From: an uncultured Bifidobacteriaceae bacterium | GTDB taxonomy: Bacteria > Acidobacteriota > Vicinamibacteria > Vicinamibacterales > JAENWD01 | Assembly: GCA_964446605.1 (NCBI GenBank) | Contig: CAYUPN010000009.1 | Span: 1,721-65,720, forward strand | DNA length: 64,000 bases | Direction: 5' to 3' | Shown: positions 52,847 through 61,421 of the stretch, piece by piece | How positions within the stretch are numbered: the stretch's first letter is position 1 | How the letters are laid out: each line of letters begins with the position of its first letter | Notes under the pieces: model-generated | Told to the model about the DNA's origin: nothing | Database searches by the model: none | Seen by the model: only the letters and a program-made list of their open reading frames with translations | Translations under genes and position numbers: made by a program

Positions 52847-55503
52847 CAGGCCTCCCGTGTCTCCGCGACCGCGTGCGCACGGCGACGCGGGCGTGCATCC
52901 GGCGCGACCGGCCTGGCGCGCGGACCCGGGTCGCCGTCCAGCGGCGACAGGCCCAGCGAGTCGGCGATCTCGTGGACGACCCCGTACACCATGCGCCCGG
53001 CGCGCAGCGCCCTGAGCAGCCGCCAGGTGAGCGTCGCGAGGACCAGAACCGCCAGCATCTCGAGCGCGAAGCCCTCGTGTCGCGATCCCAGGAACGCCGC
53101 GAGGACGACGCTGAGGCCGCTGAGCAGCCCGACTGTCGACAGCCGGATCGTCGTCGCGGCGCGGATCAGCGCATGCCCGGCGCCGTGGTCCTCGACGAGC
53201 ACGCGCAGGTCCACCCGTGCGAGCGGCCCGACCGGGACGCTGATGTCGCGCCGGGTCCACCAGCCGGCATCCACCTCGACGCGCTCGGAGAGCGGCGTCG
53301 TCCGCAATCGCCGCGCGATGCGCTCGAGCAGCGCGGCCGCGTCGACGCCGGCGTCCGACCAGAAGCGCTGCTCGCCCCACCGGCCGGACAGCAGGCGCAC
53401 CGCCGGCACGGGCTGGGCGGGCGGCCGAGCGGCCTGCTCGGCGGCGGCGACCGGCGCCGGCGGATTCAGCAGGCCCCGGACGTGCCCGTACAGCCGCGCA
53501 AACGGCTGGACGTAGTAGAGGAAGGCGATGGTCGCGCGAATGCCCAGCCGGTCCCGCCATGTCGCGCGCAGCGGCGCGGGCAGCGTCGACAGGTCGGTCC
53601 GCGCCGCGTAGCGGACGCAGTTGCCGACCGTCAGCCCCAGCATCGCGAGGCCCGACAGCAGCACGCGCCCGGCGTCCAGCGTGGAGTCCGGCAGCACGAC
53701 CAGCAGCAGCGCGAGCAGGCAGAGTGCGGCCGTGATCACCTGCCAGGTGCCCGAATGCGGCAGGTGCACCAGCGGATGTGGCGTGCCGTGATAGATCGAC
53801 GGGAACGCCGCCGTACCCCAGGGACCGGCGTTCACACGGCGCGGCGCCAGCGAGCGGAGCAGCGGCAGCGGTCCGTAGATCGATCCGCGCCAGAAGGGGC
53901 TGCCTCCGCGGAAGCGTTCGGGATGGAACGGCCGGAGCCACCGCTCGCCCTCGCCGTAGCCCACCTGCTGGCGCCAGTACGCACGAAGACTCGAGCGGTG
54001 GTGATGCCAGACGAGCGCGGCCGGCGCGAACGCCAGACGGCCACCCGAGCCCTGCAGCCGCCAGCACACGTCGACGTCGTCGCCGGCGCGGAGGAAGATC
54101 GGGTTGAAGCCGCCGATGGCCTGCAGCGCGTCGCGCCGGATCGCGATGTTGCACCCCGGTACGTGCTCGGCGATCTCGTCGTCCAGCATCACGTGCGTCG
54201 GCGCGCCCGGCGCGCGGGCGACGCACTGCGCCATGCGCGGATCGTCCGGCGGCACCACGTTGGGCCCGCCGACCGCGACCACCTCCGGACGGCGGAACGG
54301 ACGCACGAGATAGGTCAGCCAGTCCGGATCGACGCGGACGTCGGCGTCCGTGTAGGCGACGATCTCGCCGCGGGCGAGCGCCGCGCCCGTGTTGCGCGCG
54401 AGCGACAGGCCGCCGCCGGGCACGTTCACCAGCCGCACCCCGGCGTAGCGCCGGGCGATGAGCGGCGTCGCGTCGGTCGACCCGTCGTTGACGACGATCG
54501 TCTCGTAGCAGGGATAGCGCAGGCGCGCGAGCGACTGGAGGCAGTCGTCGAGCGTCGAGGCCGCATTGTGCGCGCAGACGACCACCGAGACGAACGGCAG
54601 GGTGTCCCGTTCGTTGTCAGCCGCCGCGGGCGCCGTCGCGAACACCCGCGAGACCGCCGCCAGCGCCGGCTTCGGCCGTCGATCGGCCGTGACGAGCCCG
54701 AAGGCCCAGTCCTCGATCGGATGGCCGCCGCGCCACCACTCGTCGGTCCAGCTGAACGCGACGGCGCCGCAGGCGCCCGCCTCGAAGGCGCAGCGGATCT
54801 GCATCGCCGTCAGCGAAGCCTGGCCGTCGGGGCCCTCGCGGAACCCGTCGGCGCCGGCTTCGGCCAGCAGCAGCGGCTTGTTGCCCGCGACGTGCTGGAG
54901 CCGGGCGAGATACGCCGAGAGCTTCGTCGGGTCGTGCAGGTAGACGTTGAAGGCGCAGACGTCGAAGAAGGGCAGCTCCAGGTATTCGGTCGGCGGGAAA
55001 TTGACGTACGTCAGCAGGCTCTCGGGCCGGACCGCCTTGGCGTCCTCGTAGAGCGTCCGGAGGAAACGCTCGATGCGCGACGGCCCGTACCAGCGCACGA
55101 TCGACGCGGGGATCTCGTTGCCGAGCGCGATCAGGAGCACCGCGGGATGCCGGCCGGCGCGCAGCACGCCGGCGCGCAGCTGGTCGCGGATCTCGCGCTG
55201 CTGACGGGCCGTCTCGAGGAACGCCGTGTGCTGCGCCCACGGCAGCCCGACCATGACGCGCAGGCCGTGCTCCGCGGCGGCATCGAGGACGGCGTCCGGG
55301 GGCGGCGTGTAGGTGCGCACGGTGTTGATGCCGGCGCGCGCCATCAGGGCGAAGTCCGCATGAACCCGCGCGAGCGGGGGGAACTGATCGCCCGCGTCGT
55401 CCGGCGCGAAGGTGCCGTAGGCGACCCCCTTCACGTGAAACCGGCGGGAGCCGATCGCCAGGAACTTGCCGTCGACGCGCGCCGCGCCGGGCGCGTCCGG
55501 CAT
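52846..55503 (-). CDS. Fusion of a TIM-barrel glycoside hydrolase-like domain, a processive-type GT2 glycosyltransferase and a C-terminal multi-TM region
   Basis: FHVKGVAYGTF...GINTVRTY...ALGNEIP...FSWTDEWW (GH clan-A-like) comes first. Then VSVVVCAHN....L..CL.SL..L.YP..E.IVVNDGSTD, TDAD, GCN.A.RR, AGDDVD and YWRQQVGYGEG, followed by hydrophobic helices. The ATG at 55503 has no clear SD, so the start is uncertain. Confidence 0.65.
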   Translation of the reverse strand: MPDAPGAARVDGKFLAIGSRRFHVKGVAYGTFAPDDAGDQFPPLARVHADFALMARAGINTVRTYTPPPDAVLDAAAEHGLRVMVGLPWAQHTAFLETARQQREIRDQLRAGVLRAGRHPAVLLIALGNEIPASIVRWYGPSRIERFLRTLYEDAKAVRPESLLTYVNFPPTEYLELPFFDVCAFNVYLHDPTKLSAYLARLQHVAGNKPLLLAEAGADGFREGPDGQASLTAMQIRCAFEAGACGAVAFSWTDEWWRGGHPIEDWAFGLVTADRRPKPALAAVSRVFATAPAAADNERDTLPFVSVVVCAHNAASTLDDCLQSLARLRYPCYETIVVNDGSTDATPLIARRYAGVRLVNVPGGGLSLARNTGAALARGEIVAYTDADVRVDPDWLTYLVRPFRRPEVVAVGGPNVVPPDDPRMAQCVARAPGAPTHVMLDDEIAEHVPGCNIAIRRDALQAIGGFNPIFLRAGDDVDVCWRLQGSGGRLAFAPAALVWHHHRSSLRAYWRQQVGYGEGERWLRPFHPERFRGGSPFWRGSIYGPLPLLRSLAPRRVNAGPWGTAAFPSIYHGTPHPLVHLPHSGTWQVITAALCLLALLLVVLPDSTLDAGRVLLSGLAMLGLTVGNCVRYAARTDLSTLPAPLRATWRDRLGIRATIAFLYYVQPFARLYGHVRGLLNPPAPVAAAEQAARPPAQPVPAVRLLSGRWGEQRFWSDAGVDAAALLERIARRLRTTPLSERVEVDAGWWTRRDISVPVGPLARVDLRVLVEDHGAGHALIRAATTIRLSTVGLLSGLSVVLAAFLGSRHEGFALEMLAVLVLATLTWRLLRALRAGRMVYGVVHEIADSLGLSPLDGDPGPRARPVAPDARPRRRAHAVAETREA

Positions 55504-56234
55504 GCGCGCGGGATCATGAACGGAGGGGACGTGCGGTGGAGCCACCGCTTTCACCTGCAACGGTCGATGCACCCGGCTATCCGATCCTTTGAAAGTACGC
55601 GGCGCGCGCACGTCCGCCGTGCCCGCAGAGACGTGCCAGCAGGTGGGAGCGGCGGCGTGTGTGCGCACGTGCAACCGCGCGTGACCGAATCGTCGGCCAC
55701 TGGTAGAGGCAACGGACGTGCCACCGTGGATCGGTGCGGCGGGCGTTGTGTGGCGAGCGTTTTCGGGCCGCTGTCGGCTGCGCGTCGCCGGCGGGCGTGA
55801 ACTTCCGACGTACCGACGTGTGAAGGTTTGGCGGTTGCTACCGCACGGATCGCATCGGACACGGGTCCGGAATGGGCCTCGGTGGGTCGATGCGCCGGGC
55901 GGTTCCAGCGGTCGGCGCGCGGCAGCGTTCCCGGCGATCCGCGGGAGTGGCACGCAGAAGCTCGATGTCAGACGAATCCGTGCTGTGGTACCCGATGGCC
56001 GCAGTCGCCTGAGAGAGTCCCGGCGCAAGCTGCCTCAGCTGTGGAAGAGCTTCGTTGGTCCCGCCGAACCGATCGACGGCGCAGGCGAGGGGATGGGCCG
56101 CAGGGATGTCAGACCTGCGCAGGGGGGGCGCTCCGCAGGCCGCCAGGGCGTCGATCAGGGCCGGCAGCAATGGGACCGGTCAGGGCGGCGCGCGATATCC
56201 TTGTGCCGCACGTTCATTCAGGGAGGACCTGCTG

Positions 56235-57131
56235 GTGCCGAATCCGCGGAAGGGACTCGCCCTTCACCTGCTCGCGTTCATCCTCGCTGCCGCCACGCTC
56301 GCGGCGGCGGCGCCCCTCACGGTCATGTCCTTCAACATCCGCTACGGCACGGCCAATGACGGCGACAACCGCTGGGAGCTGCGGCGGGAACTGCTGTTCG
56401 ACGTCGTCCGCGAGGAGGGCGCGGACATCATCGGGCTGCAGGAGGCGTTGCACTTCCAGATCCAGGAGATCGTCGAAGCCGTTCCCGCCTACGCCTCCGT
56501 CGGCGTGGGACGCGACGACGGGAAGGAGAAGGGGGAGCATTCGGCGATCCTGTTCCGGAAGGAGCGGCTGCGCGTGCTCGACTCCGGGACGTTCTGGTTC
56601 TCCGACACCCCCGAAGTGCCCGGGTCGACGAGCTGGGGCAACCGGATCACGCGCATCTGCACGTGGACGCGCTTCGCCGACGAGCGCGGTGGATCCTTCT
56701 ACGTTTACAACGTGCACCTCGATCACGAGTCGCAGCCGTCGCGTGAGCGGAGCGTCCAGCTGCTCGCGCAGCGCATCCGCGAGCGCGCCGTCCCTGCCGA
56801 TCCCGTCGTCGTCACCGGCGACTTCAACGTCGGCGAGGACAACGGCGCGATCCGGTGGCTCCTGGGTGAGGAGGCGGCGCTCGCCGGCGCCGGCACGCCC
56901 GGCGTGGAGCTGACGGACACGCTTCGCGCGGTGCACCCCGATGCGCGGAGCGTCGGGACCTTCACCAACTTCCGGTTCGGCAACATCCACGGGCAGAAGA
57001 TCGACTACGTGCTGACCGGTCCGGGCTTCGAGGCGGCCAGCGCGCGTCTCGTGCGCACCAGCCGTGACGGGAAGTACCCGTCGGATCACTTTCCGGTGGT
57101 GGCGAGACTGGTGCGACACCAGGGGAGCTGA
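56235..57131 (+). CDS. Endonuclease/exonuclease/phosphatase (EEP) family protein, secreted
   Basis: GGGAGGA lies 7 nt before the GTG, and a signal peptide follows. Motifs are VMSFNIRYG, IIGLQEA, TGDFN and SDHFPVVARL. Confidence 0.8.
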   Translation: MPNPRKGLALHLLAFILAAATLAAAAPLTVMSFNIRYGTANDGDNRWELRRELLFDVVREEGADIIGLQEALHFQIQEIVEAVPAYASVGVGRDDGKEKGEHSAILFRKERLRVLDSGTFWFSDTPEVPGSTSWGNRITRICTWTRFADERGGSFYVYNVHLDHESQPSRERSVQLLAQRIRERAVPADPVVVTGDFNVGEDNGAIRWLLGEEAALAGAGTPGVELTDTLRAVHPDARSVGTFTNFRFGNIHGQKIDYVLTGPGFEAASARLVRTSRDGKYPSDHFPVVARLVRHQGS

Positions 57132-57234
57132 CGGGCGGAGCAATCGCGCACCGTGTCGGCGCAGCAGTTCGTGGACGAGGCGCGGAAGCTGGAGGTCGTG
57201 CTGCAGCGGCATGTGGAAGACAGTGACCAGCGCT

Positions 57235-57279
57235 TCGATTGCGGATTTCGGATTGCGGATTCCGGATTGATTGCGGATT
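57235..57279. repeat. Tandem GATTGCGGATT words (GGATT six times)
   Basis: cgattgcggatttcggattgcggattccggattgattgcggattc. Confidence 0.85.
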
Positions 57280-57365
57280 CACGGGCGGCCTGGCGGCCGC
57301 CGGCGTGAATTGCGGGTTCCTGCCGATCGGGTTCGTTGCGCAACTGCCATTGCGCAGTGACCCGT

Positions 57366-57863
57366 TCACCGGCCGCCTCCTGCCAGTTGCCGTTCGAGCG
57401 TCGCCCGCCGGTTCGACAGCTCCGCGAACCTTCGCTGTGCCCGGACCAGCAGCACGGCCGTCGCTCCCAGCATGCCCGACCCCAGTCCGGCAGCCGTGAA
57501 GGCGGCCGCCTGCCCGGTCATGACGCCGATGATCAGCGCGCCCGCCGTGAAGATGCCCGTGAACAGCACCGCCATGCGGCTGGCGACGACGCGCTGGCGG
57601 CCGAACAGGATGCGGCGGTTCGTCAGGACCCACGAGGCGAACGACACCCAGCCCACCCCGACTGCGGCCAGGACCATCAGCGCGAGCCACGTCCGGGTGG
57701 GGAGGCCGCGCTCGGTGATCACGAGCGCGGAGACGACCGCCGTCATCGACGCCGACGCGAGCAGCAGGGCGACGTAGCCGGCGCGCGCGCCGGGGGAGAG
57801 CTCGAGCCGCATCAGGCGGCGCAGTTCCTCGGGCAGGGCAGGTGGGGGCGTGTGCAGCGTCAT
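57366..57863 (-). CDS. Membrane protein, probable anti-sigma factor partner of the upstream ECF sigma
   Basis: 165 aa with four predicted TM helices. The start overlaps the sigma-factor stop by 1 nt. No family motif recognised. Confidence 0.45.
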   Translation of the reverse strand: MTLHTPPPALPEELRRLMRLELSPGARAGYVALLLASASMTAVVSALVITERGLPTRTWLALMVLAAVGVGWVSFASWVLTNRRILFGRQRVVASRMAVLFTGIFTAGALIIGVMTGQAAAFTAAGLGSGMLGATAVLLVRAQRRFAELSNRRATLERQLAGGGR

Positions 57864-58414
57864 CAGTGGTTTCCTCCCGTGGTCATCGCATCGCGAAGCA
57901 GGCGCCGCGCCCGGAACAGGCGTGACTTCACCGTGCCGGCGGGGACGTTCATCGCCGCCGCAACCTCCTCGATCGACAGCTCGTCCAGATAGAACAGCGT
58001 CAGGACTTCCCGCTCGACGAGGGGAAGGCGGTCGAGCGTCCGCTCCAGGAGCTCGAGATCCTCCCCGCGATCCCCGGGCTCCGGGTCGGCGGGCAGTGCG
58101 TCCAGGTCGAGGTCCGTGTCGGCGGGCCGCGCATATTGCTCGCGCAGGCTGTCCATGAGCGTCCGCCGGGCGATGCCGAACAGCCACGCGCGCAGCTTCG
58201 AGCCGTCCCGCAGGCCCGGGATACCGCGGATCACCCGCACCCAGACGTCCTGGACGACGTCGAGGGCCCGATCGTCGGAGCCGGTCATCCGCCGGACGTA
58301 GGTCCAGAGCGGGCGGTGCCAGCGAGCGGCCATCTCGTCGAAGGCGGCCGGTTCGCCGAGCTGGCAGCGGATGGCGAGCAGCTCGTCCTCGATGGGGTTC
58401 GGGTGGCGCGTCAC
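57863..58414 (-). CDS. ECF-type RNA polymerase sigma-70 family factor
   Basis: Region 2 reads ..AFDEMAARWHRPLWTYVRRM......DVVQDVWVRV. Region 4 reads ..LPLVEREVLTLFYLDELSIEEVAAAMNVPAGTVKSRLFRAR. It uses a GTG start. Confidence 0.85.
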   Translation of the reverse strand: MTRHPNPIEDELLAIRCQLGEPAAFDEMAARWHRPLWTYVRRMTGSDDRALDVVQDVWVRVIRGIPGLRDGSKLRAWLFGIARRTLMDSLREQYARPADTDLDLDALPADPEPGDRGEDLELLERTLDRLPLVEREVLTLFYLDELSIEEVAAAMNVPAGTVKSRLFRARRLLRDAMTTGGNH

Positions 58415-58428
58415 GATGGCTCCGACTG

Positions 58429-58457
58429 TATAGTCGTGCAGGCCGCCGGAAGGTTCA
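58429..58457 (-). promoter_or_regulatory. Candidate promoter TGAACC-17nt-ACTATA upstream of the ECF sigma gene
   Basis: Read on the minus strand, this is a GAAC-type -35 box as in many ECF-dependent promoters. It lies 15 nt upstream of the GTG. Confidence 0.3.
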
Positions 58458-58527
58458 CGGGTTTCGCTCCCGGCGTCCGGCGGCGTGCGCGCCGCCGACC
58501 AGCGGCATCCCGGCCGGAGGTGACGTC

Positions 58528-58989
58528 GTGTGCCTGATGCTCTATCTCGGAACCGCGTCGGAGCTGTCGTCGCCGGACTCGCCCGATCTGCGCCTCGAGC
58601 CCGTGGACGATCCGCGCCGGGCCGTGGCGCAATGGTTCTCCCATCCCGTCGTGCGTTTCGTCGGTGCGCACACCGGCTGCAGCTGCGGGTTTCCGTCCGT
58701 GATCGCGGACGCGCCGATCACGTATTACGAAGGCATGTCCTTCGACTCCGACGACCGTGCCGCGGACCTGCGCAGCGTCCGGGCGCTCCTGAACCTGCTG
58801 CGGCAGGCGGCGCCCGGGTCGGTCGTCGAGCTGTATCCCGTCGCGGACGGCGAGCAGGGCCTCGCGCCGCGAGGCGCCGTGGACTGGGAGCTCGAGTCGC
58901 TGGAGCCCGAGCGGTTTTTCTTCACCGAGCGGTTCATGCACCGGATCCGGGCGGGACGGGGGCCTGGTGAGCAGGAGGCGCTTCGATGA
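58528..58989 (+). CDS. Hypothetical protein (153 aa)
   Basis: GGAGG lies 7 nt before the GTG. G/C third-position bias. The stop overlaps the NmrA start (ATGA). No family recognised. Confidence 0.5.
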   Translation: MCLMLYLGTASELSSPDSPDLRLEPVDDPRRAVAQWFSHPVVRFVGAHTGCSCGFPSVIADAPITYYEGMSFDSDDRAADLRSVRALLNLLRQAAPGSVVELYPVADGEQGLAPRGAVDWELESLEPERFFFTERFMHRIRAGRGPGEQEALR

Positions 58990-59873
58990 TCGCCGTGATG
59001 GGTGCGACCGGACGTGTCGGGGGACAGATTGCCGAGCGGCTGCTCCAGTCCGGTGAGCGCTGCCTCGCGCTCGGGCGATCTCCGGAGAGGCTCGAGCGCC
59101 TGGCCGGCACGGGCGCCGCCGTGCGCGCGGGGGATGCCCGCGACACCGACTTTCTGACCGGGGCGTTCCGCGGCGCACACGCGGTCTTCACGCTGGTGCC
59201 GGAAGATCCCCACGCGGCCGATCTCCGTGCCCAGCAGGATGCGGTGGGTGAAGCCACGGTCGCAGCCATCCAGGAGAGCGGCGTCTCGCACGTCGTCTTT
59301 CTGAGCAGTGTCGGCGCGGATCTGCCCGAAGGCACCGGTCCGATTGCCGGCCTGCACGCCCAGGAGGAACGCCTGCGGCGACTGGCCGGCGTCAACGTGC
59401 TGATTCTGCGGGCTGCCTATTTCTTCGAGAACTTCCTGGGATCCCTGGCCCTCATCAGGGAGCGGCGGATCAATGGCGGACCGATTGCCTTGGACGTCCC
59501 GTTCCCGATGATTGCCGTCGAGGACATCGCCGATGTCGCGGCGCGCGCGCTCCGCCAGCGCGACTGGGAAGGGGTCGTCGTGCGGGAGCTGCTGGGTGAG
59601 CGCGATCTCACGTTCGCGGAAGCGACGCGCCTCATCGGCGAGCGGATCGGCATGCCCGATCTGCCGTACGTCCAGTTCGCGCCTGCCGACTTCACGGCTG
59701 CGCTCGTTCAGATGGGAGTCTCGCCGAACGCCGCCGGACTCTACGCGGAGATGGCGCAGGCGGTGAACGAGGGGCGTGTGACGTCGCGGGAGGGGCGGCG
59801 GCCGGAGAACACGACGCCGACACTGTTCGAGGTGTTCGCCGAGCGGGTCGCGGACGCGTATCACGCCGTGTGA
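58986..59873 (+). CDS. NmrA-family / NAD(P)H-binding atypical SDR
   Basis: MIAVMGATGRVGGQIAERLL Rossmann motif. Length and pattern are typical of NmrA-like proteins. Confidence 0.8.
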   Translation: MIAVMGATGRVGGQIAERLLQSGERCLALGRSPERLERLAGTGAAVRAGDARDTDFLTGAFRGAHAVFTLVPEDPHAADLRAQQDAVGEATVAAIQESGVSHVVFLSSVGADLPEGTGPIAGLHAQEERLRRLAGVNVLILRAAYFFENFLGSLALIRERRINGGPIALDVPFPMIAVEDIADVAARALRQRDWEGVVVRELLGERDLTFAEATRLIGERIGMPDLPYVQFAPADFTAALVQMGVSPNAAGLYAEMAQAVNEGRVTSREGRRPENTTPTLFEVFAERVADAYHAV

Positions 59874-59882
59874 GGCGGCGCA

Positions 59883-60068
59883 GTGAACCGCTATGGCAGA
59901 GGCGGCATGCTGGTTCACATCGTCAGAATCGTCGGGCTCGTGGCGGCGCTCGTGACGGCCACGTTCTATCCGTTCCTCCCCGGCCCGTTCGACCGGGCGG
60001 CGCACACGATTTCGATCGGCGCGCAGGTCCTCACGCTGCCGCACTGGAGATATCTGTGGTTCGACTGA
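59883..60068 (+). CDS. Small hydrophobic protein (61 aa; possibly 53 aa from the ATG at 59907)
   Basis: One TM-like segment, IVRIVGLVAALVTATFYPFL. Third codon positions are strongly G/C, whereas the overlapping frame (the track extension of the xylanase ORF) is Arg-rich nonsense. Confidence 0.4.
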   Translation: MNRYGRGGMLVHIVRIVGLVAALVTATFYPFLPGPFDRAAHTISIGAQVLTLPHWRYLWFD

Positions 60069-61315
60069 GCGGGTGCCGCCCTGCGGCGAGCCCGAGCGCA
60101 GCGTTCCCGAAGGGCATCGCCGCGTCCACGTCGTCCGGTCGCCGGTCCGGCTCCTCGCGCAGACGGCTCCGGGTCTTCACGACAGCGGCCGTGGCGCTCC
60201 TGATCGCCGCGGGCGTGCCGCGGGCGAGCGTGCAGGAACGGCCCGCCCTGAAGGAGGTCTTCAAGGACGCGTTCGTCATCGGGACGGCCGTCAACCATCG
60301 GACGGTCACAGGCCGCGACGCTGCCTCGCGTGATCTCGTGCTGCGGCACTTCGGAAGCATCACCGCCGAGAACGTCCTGAAGGCGGCGCCGCTCAACCCG
60401 AAGCCCGGTGTCTGGAACTTCGGCCCGGCCGACGCGTTCGTGGCGTTCGGCCGGGCCAATGGCCTGTTCGTCATCGGCCACACGCTCGTGTGGCACAACC
60501 AGACGCCCGCCTGGTTCTTCGAGGACGAGCAGGGCAGGCCGAACTCGCCGGAGGCGCAGATCGAGCGGATGCGTGCGCACATCGAGGCCGTCGCCGGCCG
60601 GTACCGTGGACGCATCGATGCCTGGGACGTCGTCAACGAGGTGATCGACGAGGACGGATCGTATCGGCCGACGACGTGGGTGCAGGCCGTGGGCAGCGGG
60701 GACGAACTGGTGAAGGCGGCGTTCCGGTTTGCGAGCCAGTACGCGCCGGACGCCGAGCTGTACTACAACGACTTCAACGCGTGGCGCCCAGCCAAGCGTG
60801 ATGGCATCGTGCGGATGGTGAGGATGCTCCAGGCCGACGGCATCCGGATCGACGGGATCGGGATCCAGGGACACTGGGGCCTGAACTATCCCAGGGCCGA
60901 GTACATCGAAGCCGCGATCGACGCGTACGCCGCGCTCGGCGTGAAGGTCATGATCACGGAGCTGGACATCGATGTCCTGCCGCTCACACGCGAGGGACAG
61001 ATCACCGGCAGGGTCATGAGCGATCCCCAGTTCCAGCTCGAGGAGTTCACGGCGTATCTCGATCCCTACCGCGACGGGCTGCCCGGGGACGTCGGGCGGC
61101 AGGCCGCCGAGCGCTGGGCCGAGTTGTTCAGGATCTTCCATGCGCGCCGCGACAAGATCGATCGAGTCACGATCTGGGGCGTTCACGACGGCGCGTCGTG
61201 GAAGAACAACTACCCGGTGCCCGGCCGGACGAACTACGCGCTCCTGTTCGACAGACACCATCAGCCGAAGCCGGCATTCGACGCCGTCGTCGGCGTGCCC
61301 ACGGCGCCGAAGTAG
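60056..61315 (+). CDS. GH10 endo-1,4-beta-xylanase, secreted
   Basis: ITAENVLK, GHTLVWHNQTP, WDVVNE and ITELDIDV (catalytic Glu motifs). The signal reads ..SRRRLRVFTTAAVALLIAAG. The start is uncertain; GTG 60056 is the first in-frame start after the small ORF. Confidence 0.8.
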   Translation: MVRLSGCRPAASPSAAFPKGIAASTSSGRRSGSSRRRLRVFTTAAVALLIAAGVPRASVQERPALKEVFKDAFVIGTAVNHRTVTGRDAASRDLVLRHFGSITAENVLKAAPLNPKPGVWNFGPADAFVAFGRANGLFVIGHTLVWHNQTPAWFFEDEQGRPNSPEAQIERMRAHIEAVAGRYRGRIDAWDVVNEVIDEDGSYRPTTWVQAVGSGDELVKAAFRFASQYAPDAELYYNDFNAWRPAKRDGIVRMVRMLQADGIRIDGIGIQGHWGLNYPRAEYIEAAIDAYAALGVKVMITELDIDVLPLTREGQITGRVMSDPQFQLEEFTAYLDPYRDGLPGDVGRQAAERWAELFRIFHARRDKIDRVTIWGVHDGASWKNNYPVPGRTNYALLFDRHHQPKPAFDAVVGVPTAPK

Positions 61316-61368
61316 CACCTGACGGATCCGCCGAGAGTGGTGCGGTTCGTGTCGGGCCTGTTGTCGCC

Positions 61369-61391
61369 GCCCGCCCCGGTCCCGGGCGGGC
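61369..61391. terminator. 8-bp GC hairpin between convergent xylanase and MOSC genes
   Basis: GCCCGCCC ... GGGCGGGC with a ~7-nt loop; no T-tract. Confidence 0.3.
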
Positions 61392-61421
61392 GAGCCCGTG
61401 ACCGGGCATCGCGAACCGGTC

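Noticed and set aside
55504-56234. A riboswitch or small ORFs in the long leader of the glycan operon (for example track ORFs 55838..56170(-) and 55718..56359(+)).
   Set aside because: I recognise no conserved riboswitch core, such as c-di-GMP GEMM motifs. The ORFs are Arg/Gly/Ala-rich and lack an RBS. Only the ops-like 8-mer was kept, as a low-confidence finding.
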